Shown here: positions 1 to 13,404 of the stretch, in pieces | How the letters are laid out: every line of letters begins with the position of its first letter | Numbering within the stretch: the first letter of the stretch is position 1 | DNA from: Mobula hypostoma | Lineage: Eukaryota | Reading direction: 5' to 3' | Assembly: GCF_963921235.1 (NCBI RefSeq) | Contig: NC_086098.1 | Location: 4,092,001-4,156,000, forward strand | DNA: 64,000 bases | The notes under the pieces: generated by a model | Databases searched by the model: none | Seen by the model: the letters and a program-made list of their open reading frames with translations, nothing else | Told to the model about the DNA's origin: nothing | Made by a program: the position numbers and the translations under genes

Positions 1-2776
1 ATAATTCGGTGACCAGAACTGCGCACAATACTACAAATTTGGCCTTACCAATGCTTTATACAATTTCAACATTACATCCCAACTCCTATACTCAATGCTC
101 TGATTAATAAAGGCCAGCATACCAAAAGCTTTCTTCACCACCCTATCCACATGAGATTCCACCTTCAGGGAACTATGCACCATTATTCCTAGATCCATCT
201 GTTCTACTGCATTCTTCAATGCCCTACCATTTACCATGTATGTCCTATTTTGATTAGTCCTACCAAAATGTAGCACCTCACACTTATCAGCATTAAACTC
301 CATTTGCCATCTTTCAGCCCACTCTTCTAACTGGCCTAAATCTCTCTGCAAGCTTTGAAAACCTACTTCATTATCCACAACTCCACCTATCTTAGTATCA
401 TCTGCATACTTACTAATCCAATTTACCACCCCATCATCCAGATCATTAATATATGACAAACAACATTGGACCCAGTACAGATCCCTGAGGCACACCACTA
501 GACACCGGCCTCCAATCTGACACACAGTTATCCACTACTACTCTCTGGCGTCTCCCATCCAGCCACTGCTGAATCCATTTCACTACTTCGATATTAATAC
601 CTAACGATTGAACCTTCCTAATTAACCTTCCATGTGGAACCCTGTCAAATGCCTTACTGAAATCCATATAGACAACATCCACCGCTTTACCCTCGTCAAC
701 TTTCCTAGTACCCTCTTCAAAAAATTCAATAAGATTTGTCAAACATGACCTTCCACGCACAAATCCATGTTGACTGCTCCTAATCATACCCTGTCTATCC
801 AGATGCTTATATATATCATCTCTAAGAATACTTTCCTTCAATTTTCCCACCACTGACATCAAACTCACAGGCCGATAATTGCTAGGTTTACTCTTAGAAC
901 CCTTTTTAAACAATGGAACCACATGAGCAATACACCAATCCTCCGGCACCATCCCCGTTTCTAATGACATTTGAAATACTTCTGTCAGAGCCCCTGCTAT
1001 TTCCACACTAACTTCCCTCAAGGTCCTAGGAAATATCCTGTCAGGACCCGGAGACTTATCCACTTTTATATTCCTTAAAAGCGCCAATACTTCCTCTTCT
1101 TTAATCATCATACTTTCCATAACTACCTTTCTTGTTTCCTTTATCTTACACAATTCAATATTCTTCTCCTCAGTGAATACAGAAGAAAAGAAATTGTTCA
1201 AAATCTCCCCCATCTCTTTTGGCTCCGCACATAGCCGTCCACTCTGATTCTCTAAGGGACCAATTTTATCCCTCACTATCTTTTTGCTATTTATATAACT
1301 GTAGAAACCCTTCAGATTTATTTTCACCTTACTTGCCAAAGCAGCCTCATATCTTTTTAGCTTTTCTAATTTCTTTCTTAAGATTCTTTTTACATTCTTT
1401 ATATTCCTCGAGCACCTCATTTACTCCAAGCTGCCTGTATTTATTGTAGATCCCTCTCTTTTTCTAAACCAAGTTTCCAATATCCCTTGAAAACCATGGC
1501 TCTCTCAAATTTTTAACCTTTCCTTTCAACCTAACAGGAACATAAAGATCCTGTACCCTCAAAATTTCACCTTTAAATGACCTCCATTTCTCTATTATAT
1601 CCTTTCCATCAAACAAATTGTCCCAATCCACTCCTTCTAAATCCTTTCGCATCTCCTCAAAGTTAGCCTTTCTCCAATCAAAAATCTCAACCCTGGGTCC
1701 AGTCCTCTCCTTCTCTATAATTATATTGAAACTAATGGTATTGTGATCACTGGACCCGAAGTGCTCCCCAACACATTGAAACCCATCTCATTCCCTAACA
1801 GGAGATCCAACACTGCCCCTTCTCTAGTTGGTACCTCTAAGTTTTCTTGCAGCAATACAATCTTGCACACATTTTACAAACTCCAAACCATCCAGCCCTT
1901 TTACAGAATGGGCTTCCCAGTCAATGTGTGGAAAATTAAAATCTCCCACAATCACAACCTTGTGCTTACTACAAATATCTGCTATCTCCTTACAAATTTT
2001 CTCCTCCAATTCTTGATCCCCATTAGGTGGTCTATAATACACCCCTATAAGCATTACTACACCTTTCCCATTCCTCAATTCCACCCAAATAGCCTCCTTA
2101 GATGAGTCCTCTAATCTATCCTGCCAAAGCACCGCTGTTATATTTTCTCTGACAAGCAATGCAACACGTCCCCCTCTTGCCCCTCCGATTCTATCACAAC
2201 TGAAGCAATGAAATCCAGGAATATTTAGTTGCCAATCACACCCCTCCTGCAACCATGTTTCACTAATAGCTGCAACATCATATTTCCAGGTATCAATCCA
2301 TGCTCTAAGCTCATCCACCTTTCCTATAATGCTCCCAGCATTAAAATAGATGCATTTAAGAAACTTTCCACCTCTTACTGTTTACTCCTAATGGAGCAAA
2401 CAACTTTGTTATCTTTTTCTTCCTTCTCCCCTATATCTTCAGTCTGAATGCTCCCGTTCTCTGCCCCTGCCTATCCTCCCTCACACACACTGTCTACTAG
2501 CTTTCTCTATTTGTGAACTAACCTCCTCTCTCCTAGTCTCTTTAATTTGATTCCCACCCCCCAACCATTTTAGTTTAAAGTCTCCTCAGTAGCCTTAGCA
2601 AATCTCCCCACCAGGATATTGGTCCCCCTGGGATTCAAGTGCAACCCATCCTTTTTGTACAGGTCACACCTGCACCAAAAGAGGTCCCAATGATCCAAAA
2701 ACTTGAATCCCTGCCCCCTGCTCCAATCCCTCAGCCACACATTTATCCTCCCCCTCATTGCATTCCTACTCTCACT
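1..2776 (-). mobile_element. CR1-clade LINE, decayed: ORF1 esterase C-terminus, ORF2 APE endonuclease and RT; runs off the window start
   Basis: ORF 2570-2815 contains KKDGLHLN (SGNH block V). ORF 1824-2318 has ISETW, YYRPP and GDFN. ORFs 446-1420 and 31-525 have KSPGPD, DFSKAFD, GVPQGSVLGP and YADD. Confidence 0.93.
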
Positions 2777-2946
2777 AGTCAATGTCTTTGGCCAAGACCC
2801 TTCTTCAGGACGCAAACAGGAGGAATTCTGCAGATGCTAGAAATTCAAGCCACACACATCAAAGTTGCTGGTGAATGCAGCAGGCCAGGCTGCCTGGCCT
2901 GCTGCGTTCACCAGCAACTTTGATGTGTGTGACCCTTTTTCAGGAC
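2777..2946. mobile_element. Penelope-like 3'-end fragments, including an 81-bp palindromic insertion with a 16-bp TSD
   Basis: Matches the PLE 3' termini at 45303-45403 and 56666-56761. Inverted arms at 2851-2890 and 2892-2931. Direct repeats at 2796-2811 and 2931-2946. Confidence 0.85.
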
Positions 2947-3004
2947 ACTGATTTGATGTTTTTCTTTCACATTTAAGATTGGTTCAGATTTTCAATCTCT
3001 ATTG

Positions 3005-3290
3005 ATTGATTAACTTTATTTGTAACATGCACATCAAAATATACAGTGAAATGCATTGGTTACATCAAATTAATCAGCAAGGATGTGCTGTGGGTGGCCT
3101 GCACGTGGTGCCATGCATCCATGCTAAAATAGCATGCCCACAACTTACTAACTCTAACCATTCGCCTTTAGATTGGGAGGAAACTAGAGCAATCGGAGGA
3201 AACCCAAGTTGTCAAGGGAAGAATGTACAAACTCCTTACAAATAGCAGTGGGAATCGAACCCTGATCTTACAGCTAGTGCCGTAAAAGAT
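3005..3290 (-). mobile_element. V-SINE (tRNA-derived, HE1-like) copy
   Basis: Reverse complement shows a B-box-like GGTTCGATTCC followed by the V-domain core GGAGTTTGTACATTCT...GGGTTTCCTCC...TTTCCTCCCAA. Confidence 0.7.
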
Positions 3291-4181
3291 ACACAATTAT
3301 GCCTAGATTCTTCAGAAACTTTTATAATCCATATCTAAACTTTGTTTTTCTATAAGTACATTTTCCTCACAACATGCATAACTAAGTATACCACAAATTT
3401 AGTGAATTACAATTGCATAATTTCACCTTTCACTGTCTTGTCAAATATGCTTATTTTTGTGGTCAGTTGCAAAGCAATGGCATTTATTACAGACCTGCAA
3501 GAAAGCTGCACCATCTGCTACTCTCATGCTTGCCTACTCTAAGACAACAATTCATTGGGATCCCTGGAGCCCATCCACTGGGAAGCCATTAAGTTGGCAC
3601 TGCAGTTAGTCAAGTTGAAGAATTTTTACAGCAAGCAAGTTGAAAAAGTGTTTTTAAATTAATTTTAAATCATTTTATCAAACTACTAATAAGAGATGGG
3701 ATACCATTTAGTGACAATAATTACAACTAACACTGAAACATCATAAGCATTTGAAAAAGTTAATTTTTAGAAATTGAAACCTGATGTAATTAATTCACAA
3801 ATATAAAAATAGATTTTCTGAAAGACCAATGTGAATGTAAGAAGCCGTTAAATGATCAATTATATAACAAAACATATGTTTGCCAAGTGTTTTACAGTAA
3901 ATTTCTTATATTAACAGCAATTTAAATGATTTTCCTTAATTCCGTGGCAGTGAAGATAGCATCACAGTCTGTGCAGGAAGTTTGAGGATTTACAGTGTAC
4001 AATGAGATGGTCACAAAAATAAAGAAAATGTTTTCATTTTCATAACAGTAGGATTTGCAAATAGTGACAATTTTAATATTTGTAAAATCTGAGCCATGAC
4101 AGTAATTTCCATAGTATTTTATCTTTATGATTTTGATTAAAGTACTTTACAAAATTAATTAAATAACATGAATACACTAAC

Positions 4182-4276
4182 CTGGATACAAGCTAATGGC
4201 TCATTGGTCCAGATTGAATACCCGCCAACAAGGTATATTCTTCCACTGTGCACTGCTACACCTGACTCATTTTGAC
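4182..4276 (-). CDS. KLHL32: Kelch-like protein 32, probable penultimate coding exon (95 nt; phase 1 to phase 0)
   Basis: (G)QNESGVAVHSGRIYLVGGYSIWTNEPLACIQ. Acceptor tttttctacattag|GT, donor CAG|gttagt. Phase matches the preceding exon. Confidence 0.96.
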
Positions 4277-4589
4277 CTAATGTAGAAAAATGCAAAGCAC
4301 TAATTTGTAAAATTTTACTACTGAGCTTACATATTTGGATATTACATATTACAGCACCCGGGTATTGCCCCCATCTTGTTACTACCATTGGGGAGGAGAT
4401 ATAGCAACTGAAGATGCACATCCAGTGACTCAGGAACAGCTTCTAACCCTCTGCCACCAGATTTCTGAATGGTCAGCCAAGGTGGATTTAAAAAGATGAA
4501 TTGAAGTAAATGCTTTGAAAAATGAGCAGCACAGTACAGGACCTTTGGCCCGCAATGTTGTGTTGACCTTTAAACCTGCTCCAAGCCAA

Positions 4590-7500
4590 AGACAGGGCAT
4601 ATAATAGAGCAAAAATTAGTGAGAAGTTAAAGGATTGGGAAGTTTTTAAAATCCAACAGAAGGCAACTAAGAAAGTCGTAAAGAAAGAAAAGGAATATGA
4701 AGGTAAGCTAGCCAATAATATTAAAGAGGATACGTAAAGTTTCTTCAGATATATAAAGTGTAAAAGAGAGGTGAGAGTAGGTATCAGACCATTGGAAAAT
4801 GATGCTGGAGATGTTGAAATGGGGGGCAAGGAAATGGCAGATGAACTGCCATTTGTATCCGTCTTCACTGTAGAAGACACTAGCAGTATGCTAGTTCGAG
4901 AGTGTCAGGAGGCAGAAACATGTGAAGTTGCTATTACTAGGGAGAAGGTTCTTGGGGAAACTGATAGGACTGAATCACCTGCACCAGACGGTGCACGCTC
5001 CAGGGTTCCGAAAGTGGTGGCCGAAGAGATTGTGGAAGCATTAGTAATGATCTTTTAAGAATCAATAGATTCTGGAATGGTTTGAAAAGAATGGAATATT
5101 ACAAATGTCACTCCATCTTTCAAGAAGGGAGTGAGACATCAAAAGGAAATTGTAGGTCAGTTAGTCAGACCTCAATGGTTTGGAAGATGTTGGAATTGAT
5201 GATTATGGATGCGGTTTGAGGGTACTTGAAAGTACATGATAAAATACGCCATAGTCAGCATGATTTCCTTAAGGGAAAATCTTGCCTAACAAATCTGCTG
5301 GAATTCTTTGAAGGATTAACAAACAGGATAGACGAAAGAGGATCGGTCGATGTTGTGTACTTGGATTTTTGGCAGGCCTTTGACAAGATGTCACACATGA
5401 GGCTGCTTTGCAAGTTAAGGGCCCATGGTATTACAGGAAAGATTTCAGTAGGGATAGAGCAACGGCTGATTGGCAGGAGTGGGAACAGCAGGAGGCAAAG
5501 TGTGGGAATAAAGGGAGCCTTTCTGGTTAGCTGCCAGTTTTCCACAGGGGTCTGTGTTGGGACTGCTTTTTATGTTAAATTTCAATGATTTGGATGACGA
5601 AATAGATGGCTTGGTTGTCAAGTTTGCAGAAGATACAATGATAGGTGAAGGGGCATGTAGTTTTGAGGAAGTAGAGAGACTACAGAAGGACTTAGACAGA
5701 TTAAGAGAATGGGCAAAGAATTGGCAGATGGAATACAGTGTTGGGTAGTGTAGCACTCAGGAGAAATAACAGGGTAGATTATTTTCAAAATGGAGGGAAA
5801 ATTCAAAAATCTGAGCGGCGAAGGGATTTGGGAGACCTTGTGCAGCATTCCCTAAAAGTTAATTTGCAGGTTGAGTCAGTGGTGAAAAAGGCAAGCGTGA
5901 TGTTAGCAATCATTTCAAGAAGACTAGAATTTAAAGGCAAGGATGTAATGCTGAGGCTATATAAAGCACTGGTGAGGCCTCACTTGGAGCACTGTGAGCA
6001 GTTTTGGGCCCTTTATCTTAGAAAGGATGTGCTGACGAGGGTTCAAAGGAAGTTCACAAAAATGATTCTGAGATTGAAAGGCTTGTATGGGCCTCTACTC
6101 ACTGGAATTCAGAATACTGAGGGGTGACCTCATTGAAATCTATCAAATGGGCTTGATAGAATGCTCATGGAGAGATCATAAGATCATAGGACATACGAGC
6201 AGAATTAGGCCATCTGGCCCTTCGAGTCTGCTCCACCATTCAATCATGGCTGATTCTTTTTTTTCTATCTCCTCCTCAACCCCAGTTCTCGGCCTTCTCC
6301 CCGTAACCTTTGATGCCATGTCCAATCAAGAATCTATCAATCTCTGCCTTAAACACACCCAACAACCTGGCCTCCACAGCTGCATCCGGCAACAGATTCC
6401 ATGTTTACCACCTTAAAGAAATTTATCAGCATCTCTGTTTTGAAAGGGCGCCCCTCTTTCCTGAGGATGTGTCCTCTCGTCCTAGACTCTCCCACCATGG
6501 GAAACATCCTTTCTGCATCTACTCTGTCTAGGCCTTTCAACATTCAAAAGGTTTCAATGAGATCCCCCCACCCTTCTGAATTCCAGCGAGTACAGACCCA
6601 GAGCCATCAAATGTTCCTCGTATGATAACCCTTTCATTCCTGGAATCATCCTTGTGAACCTCTTCTGGACTCTCTCCAATGCCAGCACATCTTTTCTAAG
6701 ATGAGGGTCCCAAAACTATTCACAATATCAAGGTGAGGCCTCACCAGTGCCTTATAAAGCCTCAGCATCACATCCTTGGTCTTGTATTCTAGACCTCTTG
6801 AAATAAATACTAACATGGCATTTGCCTTCCTCACCACCTCAACCTGCAAGTTAACTTTCAGGGTGTTCTATACAAGGACTCCTAAGTCCCTCTGCATCTC
6901 AGATTTTTGGATTTTCTCCCTGTTCAGAAAATAGTCTGCACATTTATTTCTACTACCAAAGTGCATGACCATACATTTTTCAACATTTGTCACTTTCTTG
7001 CCCATTCTCCTAATCTATCTAAGTCCTTCTGCATCCTACCTGTTTCCTCAACACCACCTACCCCTCCACCAATCTTCATATCATCTGCAAATTTGGTAAC
7101 AAAGCCAACTATTCCATCATCTAAATCACTTATATACAGCATAAAAAGAAGAGGTCCCAACACCGACCCCTACGGAACACCACTAGTCACTGGCAGCCAA
7201 CCAGGAAAGGATCCTTTTATTTCTACTCACTGCCTCCTACCAATCAGCCAATGCTCTAACCATGTTAGTAACTTTCCTGTAATACCATGGGCTTTTAACT
7301 TGGTATGCAGCCTCATGTGTGGCCCCTTGTCAAAGGCCTTCTGAAAGTCCAAATATGCAACATCCACTGCATCCCCTTTATCTATCCTACTTGTAATCTC
7401 CTCAAAGAATTCCAACAGGTTCATCAGGCAGGATTTTCCCTGAAGGAAACCATGCTGACTTTGTACTATCTTGTCCTGTGTCACCAAGTACACCAGCACC

Positions 7501-7895
7501 ATGACCTTAACAATTGATTCTAACATCTTCCCAACCACTGATGTTAGGCTAACTGGTCTATAATTTCCTCATTGCTGCCTTCAAGAGGTTGATGATGCAG
7601 CGTCTTATAGAAGTGTGTCCTTTTAGAATGGAGATGAGGAGGAATTTCTGTAATCAGAGAGTGGTGAACCTGTGGAATTCATTGCCACAGGAGACTTCGG
7701 AGGCCAAGCCATTGAGTATATGTGAGGCAGAGGTTGATTGATTCCTGATTTGTCAGGGAATGAGGGGATACAGGGAGAAGGCAGGAGAATGGGGCTGAGA
7801 GGAAAATTGATCAGCCATGATGAAATGGCAGAGCAGACTTAATGGGCCAAATGGCCTAATTCTGTTCCTATAATCTTATTCTCTTATGGCCTTAA
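4590..7895 (+). mobile_element. CR1 LINE ORF2 fragment to 3' end, split by an antisense CR1 (6175-7582)
   Basis: RT motifs in ORFs 4771-6127. The 3' part resumes at about 7585 with the CR1 hairpin and tcttatggcc tail at about 7840-7895. Confidence 0.85.
6175..7582 (-). mobile_element. 5'-truncated CR1 LINE nested in another CR1
   Basis: ORFs 7227-7538 (YLDFQKAFDK), 6646-6849 and 6349-6543. Tail repeat seen as gatcataagatcatagg on the plus strand at about 6174-6190. Confidence 0.88.
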
Positions 7896-8271
7896 GATCA
7901 ATCTAACTCTTCTCTACCACACTGCCCTCCATATTTCTATCATGTATGTGTCTATATAAGGCTGTTAAATATCTCAGAAAATGAATCTCAGGGTTGTATA
8001 TGGTGACATATATGTACTTTGATAGTACATCCACTTTGAACTTTCAACTTTGAACTTTGAACCTGTTTTAGCCTTTCTAGTGGCAGGTGATAGGTGAGAC
8101 CAAGAACATAATTTCCGAAGAAAAAATGTAGTGAGAAAAGGCTTCATAAGATTCAGGCGATGCTGCAGATACTGGAAAGCCAGAGTAACTCACACAGAAT
8201 GCCGAAGGAATCCTAAGATTCAGATGTATTTTGTCATTACTGCAGACAGTTGAAAAGGTTAAAGCACCTAC

Positions 8272-8464
8272 CTGTCAGCAAGCTAAATTGGCAGCGTACC
8301 CACTGGTCAGTGTCTATGTTATAGCAGTCAATCTGCCGAACCAAAATCCGATCATTGTTATAGTCCAAATCATTTCCACCGAGGACGTACAGCTTTCTAT
8401 TGACAGCTGCCATAACGTGATAGACTCGCCTCTGTAACATGGGACTGCGGCTGATCCATTTATT
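8272..8464 (-). CDS. KLHL32: Kelch-like protein 32, internal coding exon (193 nt; phase 0 to phase 1)
   Basis: NKWISRSPMLQRRVYHVMAAVNRKLYVLGGNDLDYNNDRILVRQIDCYNIDTDQWVRCQFSLLT(G) is a kelch repeat with the LYVLGG motif. Acceptor tttccctgactatcag|AAT, donor ACAG|gtaggt. Confidence 0.96.
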
Positions 8465-8579
8465 CTGATAGTCAGGGAAAATATAAATGGTTACAACAGA
8501 TTTCACAGTGACCACTGGATTATTACTATATCAACATGACCCCGAAGCTGTTCGGACCTCCAGCGAGGGCGACTGAGGT

Positions 8580-11500
8580 GACTTTAAACTAGAATGGTTG
8601 GGGGGTGGGAATCAAGTTAAAGAGGCTAGGCGAGAGGAGGTTAGTTCACTACAGGGGGATGGGAACCAGTGCAGAGAGACAGAGGGGTGTAAAATGAGGG
8701 TAGAAGCAAAAAGTAGTAAGGTGAAAAGTAAAAGTGGCAGGCCAACAAATCCAGGGCAAGCATCAAAAAGGTCCCACATGGGAGGTTAGTTAGGAAAATT
8801 CAGTCGCTAGGTATACATGGAGAGGTGGTAAATTGGATCAGACATTGGCTCAATGGAAGAAGCCAGAGAGTGGTGGTAGAGAATTGCTTCTCTGAGTGGA
8901 GGCCTGTGACTAGTGGTGTTCCACAGGAATCAGTGCTGGGTCCATTGTTATTTGTCATCTATATCAGTGATCTGGATGATAATGTGGTAAATTGGATCAG
9001 CAAATTTGCTGATGATACAAAGATTGGAGGTGTAGTAGACAGCGAGGAAGGTTTTCAGAGCCTGCAGAGGGACTTGGACCAGCTGGAGAAATGGGCTGAA
9101 AAATGGCAGATGGAGTTTAATACTGACAAGTGTGAGGTATTGCACGTTGGAAGGACAAACCAACGTACAACATACAGGGTTAATGGTAAGGCACTGAGGA
9201 GTGCAGAGGAACAGAGGGATCTGGGAATACAGATACAAAATTCCCTAAAAGTGGCGTCACAGGTAGATAGGGTCGTAAAGAGAGCTTTTGGTACATTGGC
9301 CTTTATTAATCAAAGTATTGAGCATAAGAGCTGGAATGTTATGATGAGGTTGTATAAGGCATTGGTGAGGCCGAATCTGGAGTATTGTGTTCAGTTTTGG
9401 TCACCAAATTACAGGAATGATATTAATAAGGTTGAAAGAGTGCAGAGAAGGTTTACAAGGATGTTGCCGGGACTTGAGAAACTCAGTTACAGAGAAAGTT
9501 TGAATAGTTTAGGACTTTATTCCCTGGAGCGTAGAAAAATGAGGAGAGATTTGATAGAGGTATATAAAATTATGACAGGTATAGGTAGAGTGAATGCAAG
9601 CAGGCTTTTTCCACTGAGGCAAGGGGAGAAAAAAACCAGAGGACATGGGTTAAGGGTGAGGGGGGAAAAGTTTAAAGGGAACATTAGAGGGGGCTTCTTC
9701 ACACAGAGAGTGGTGGGAGTATGGAATGAGCTGCCAGACGAGGTGGTAAATGCAGGTTCTTTTTTGACATTTAAGAATAAATTGGACAGATACATGGATG
9801 GGAGGTGTATGGAGGGAAATGGTCCGTGTGCAGGTCAGTGGGACTAGGCAGAAAATGTTTCGGCACAGCCAAGAAGGACCAAAAGGCCTGTTTCTGTGCT
9901 GTTGTTTCTATGGTTCTATGGGTCACTTTTCAACATAATTGTATAAGGGCTAAGAGAGTTGGAAAAGCACGCCTGAAGGCTTTGTGTGACAATGCAAGGA
10001 GCATTTGTAACAAGGTGGATGAATTAAAAGTGCAGATTGTTATTAATGAATATGATATAGTTGGGATCACAGAGACATGGCTCCAGGGTGACCAGGGATG
10101 GGAACTCAACATTCAGGGATATTCAATATTCAGGAGGGATAGACATGAAAGAAAAGGAGGTGGGGTGGCATTGCTGGTTAGAGAGGAGATTAACGCAATA
10201 GAAAGGAAGGACATAAGCCGGGAGGATGTGGAATCGATACGGGTAGAGTTGCATAACACTAAGGGGCAGAAAACGCTGGTGGGAGTTGTGTACAGGCCAC
10301 CCAACAGTAGTAGTGAGGTTGGGGATGGTATTAAACAGGAAATTAGAAATGTGTGCAATAAAGGAACAGCAGTTATAATGGGTGACTTCAATCTACATGT
10401 AGATTGGGTGAACCAAATTGGTAAGGGTGCTGAGGAAGAGGATTTCTTGGAAGATATGCGGGATGGTTTTTTGAACCAACATGTTGAGGAACCAACTAGA
10501 GAGCAGGCTATTCTAGACTGGGTATTCAGCAATGAGGAAGGGTTAATTAGCAATCTTGTCGTGAGAGGCCCCTTGGGTAAGAGTGACCATAATATGGTGG
10601 AATTCTTCATTAAGATGGAGAGTGACATAGTTAATTCAGAAACAAAGGTTCTGAACTTAAAGAAAGGTTCTGAACTTAAAGAAGGGTAACTTTGAAGGTA
10701 TGAGACATGAATTAACTAAGATAGACTATTAAATGTCACTTAAAGGGTTGACGGTGGATATGCAATGGCAAGCATTTAAAGATCGCATGGATGAACTACA
10801 ACAATTGTTCATCCCAGTTTGGCAAAAGAATAAATCAAGGAAGGTAGTGAACCCATGGCTGACAAGGGAAATTAGGGATAGTATCAATTCCAAAGAAGAA
10901 GCATACAAATTAGCCAGAAAAAGTGGCTCACCTGAGGACTGGGAGAAATTCAGAGTTCAGCAGAGGAGGACAAAGGGCTTAATTAGGAAGGGGGAAAAAG
11001 ATTATGAGAGAAAACTGGCAGGGAACATAAATACTGACTGTAAAAGCTTTTATAGATATGTGAAAAGAAAAAGATTGGTTAAGACAAATGTAGGTCCCCT
11101 ACAGACAGAAACAGGTGAATTGATTATGGGGAGCAAGGACATGGCAGACCAATTGAATAATTACTTTGGTTCTGTCTTCACTAAGGAGGACATAAATAGT
11201 CTTCCGGAAATAGTAGGGGACAGAGGGTCCAGTGAGATGGAGGAACTGAGGGAAATACATGTTAGAAGGGAAGTGATGTTAGGTAAATTGAAGGGATTAA
11301 AGGCAGATAAATCCCCAGGGCCAGATGCTCTGCATCCCAGAGTGCTTAAGGAAGTAGCCCAAGAAATAGTTGATGCATTAGTGATAATTTTTCAAAACTC
11401 TTTAGAGTCTGGACTAGTTCCTGAGGATTGGAGGGTGGCTAATGTAATGTAAAGGAGGGAGAGAGAAACCAGGGAATTATAGACCAGTTAGCCTAACATC

Positions 11501-12885
11501 GGTGGTGGGGAAACTGCTAGAGTCAGTTATCAAAGATGTGATAACAGCACATTTGGAAAGCAGTGAAATCATCGGACAAAGTCAGCATGGATTTGTGAAA
11601 GGAAAATCATGTCTAACGAATCTCTTAGAATTTTTTGACGATGTAACTAGTAGAGTGGATAGGGGAGAACCAGTGGATGTGGTATATTTGGATTTTCAAA
11701 AGGCTTTTGACAAGGTCCCACACAGGAGATTAGCGTGCAAACTTAAAGCACACGGTATTGGGGGTAAGGTATTGATGTGGATAGAGAATTGGTTAGCAGA
11801 CAGGAAGCAAACAGTGGGAATTAGCAGGACCTTTTCAGAATGGCAGACAGTGACTAGTGGGGTACCGCAAGGCTCAGTGCTGGGACCCCAGTTGTTTACA
11901 ATATATATTAATGACTTGGATGAGGGAATTAAATGCAGCATCTCCAAGTTTGCGGATGACACGAAGCTGGGTGGCAGTGTTAGCTGTGAGGAGGATGCTA
12001 AGAGGATGCAGGGTGACTTGCATGGGTTAGGTAAATGGGCAAATTCATGGCAGATGCAATTTAATGTGGATAAATGTGAAGTTATCCACTTTGGTGGCAA
12101 AAACAGGAAAACAGATTATTATCTGAATGGTGGCCGATTAGGAAAAGGGGAGGTGCAACGGGACCTGGGTGTCATTATACACCAGTCATTGAAAGTGGGC
12201 ATGCAGGTACAGCAGGCAGTGAAAAAGGCGAATGGTATGCTGGCATTTATAGCAAGAGGATTCTAGTACAGGAGCAGGGAGGTACTACTGCAGTTGTACA
12301 AGGCCTTGGTGAGACCACACCTGGAGTATTGTGTGCAGTTTTGGTCCCCTAATCTGAGGAAAGACATCTTTGCCATAGAGGGAGTACAAAGAAGGTTCGC
12401 CAGATTGATTCCTGGGATGGCAGGACTTTCATATGATGAAAGACTGGATGAACTAGGCTTATACTTGTTGGAATTTAGAAGATTGAGGGGGGGATCTGAT
12501 TGAAACGAATAAAATCCTAAAGGGATTGGACAGGCTAGATGCAGGAAGATTGTTCCCGATGTTGGGGAAGTCCAGAACGAGGGGTCACAGTTTGAGGATA
12601 AAGGGGAAGCCTTTTAGGACCGAGATTAGGAAAAACTTCCTCACACAGAGAGTGGTGAATCTGTGGAATTCTCTGCCACAGGAAACAGTTGAGGCCAGTT
12701 CATTGGCTATATTTAAGAGGGAGTTAGATATGGCCCTTGTGGCTACGGGGGTCAGGGGGTATGGAGGGAAGGCTGGGGCAGGGTTCTGAGTTGGATGATC
12801 AGCCATGATCATACTGAATGGCGGTGCAGGCTCGAAGGGCCGAATGGCCTACTCCTGCACCTATTTTCTATGTTTCTATGTTTCT
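8580..12885 (+). mobile_element. Near-complete CR1 ORF2 (EN+RT) with inter-ORF region and 3' tail; interrupted at about 8770-9920
   Basis: EN ORF 9805-10689 (GITETW, YRPP, GDFN, SDH). RT ORFs 10733-12789 (FADD). 3' hairpin and (TTTCTATG)n tail at 12861-12885. Frameshifts and stops are present. Confidence 0.93.
8770..9920 (+). mobile_element. 5'-truncated CR1 LINE with an uninterrupted 340-aa RT C-terminal ORF
   Basis: ORF 8825-9847 ([27 protein letters not shown]). Own tail gtttctatggttctatg ends at about 9920. Confidence 0.9.
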
Positions 12886-13038
12886 TGGTTTTGAGGTGGC
12901 ATTCTGCTGTTTTATAGAACAGTGTGACATGAGCTGGGCAGAGATCAGTGAGGAGAGACTATGGTTTAAAATATAAAACATAGAACAGTACAGACCTTTT
13001 GACCCACAATGTTATGCTGACCTTTTAACCTAATGATA

Positions 13039-13404
13039 CAGTCAGTTACTACTTCATTAAGTACACCTGTGCACCAACTCATTAATGCAAATAACTAATC
13101 AGCCAATCATGTGGCAGCAGTTAAATACATAAAAGCATGCAGTCATAGTCAAAAGGTTCAGTTGCTGTTCAGAATGGAGAAGAATTGTGATCTAACTGAC
13201 TTTGACCATGTCGGTCTCAGATAGGGTGGTTTGAGTATCTCAGAAACAACTTGATCTCCTGTGATTTTCATGCACGACTGTCTGTAGAGTTTACAGGAAA
13301 TGGTGTGAAAAGCAAAACAAAATCCATTGAGCAGCAGTTCTGTAGCCAAAATGCTTTGTTAATGACAGAGATCAGAGGAGAATGGCCAGTCTGGTTCAAG
13401 TCTA
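13039..13404. mobile_element. Tc1/mariner-like terminal fragment
   Basis: TA followed by a CACTCAGTGGCCACTTTATTAGGTACACC-like terminus. Inverted homologues occur at 22313-22549 and 30362-30490. Confidence 0.65.

Noticed and set aside
3466..3490. SNGI-like peptide resembling the KLHL32 last exon
   Set aside because: Wrong strand, with no flanking similarity or splice site. The last exon probably lies before the window start.
4155..8515. ORFs 4155-4421 and 8237-8515 (also 23053-23643) as stand-alone genes
   Set aside because: Only the portions bounded by splice sites match KLHL32. The rest is intronic read-through.
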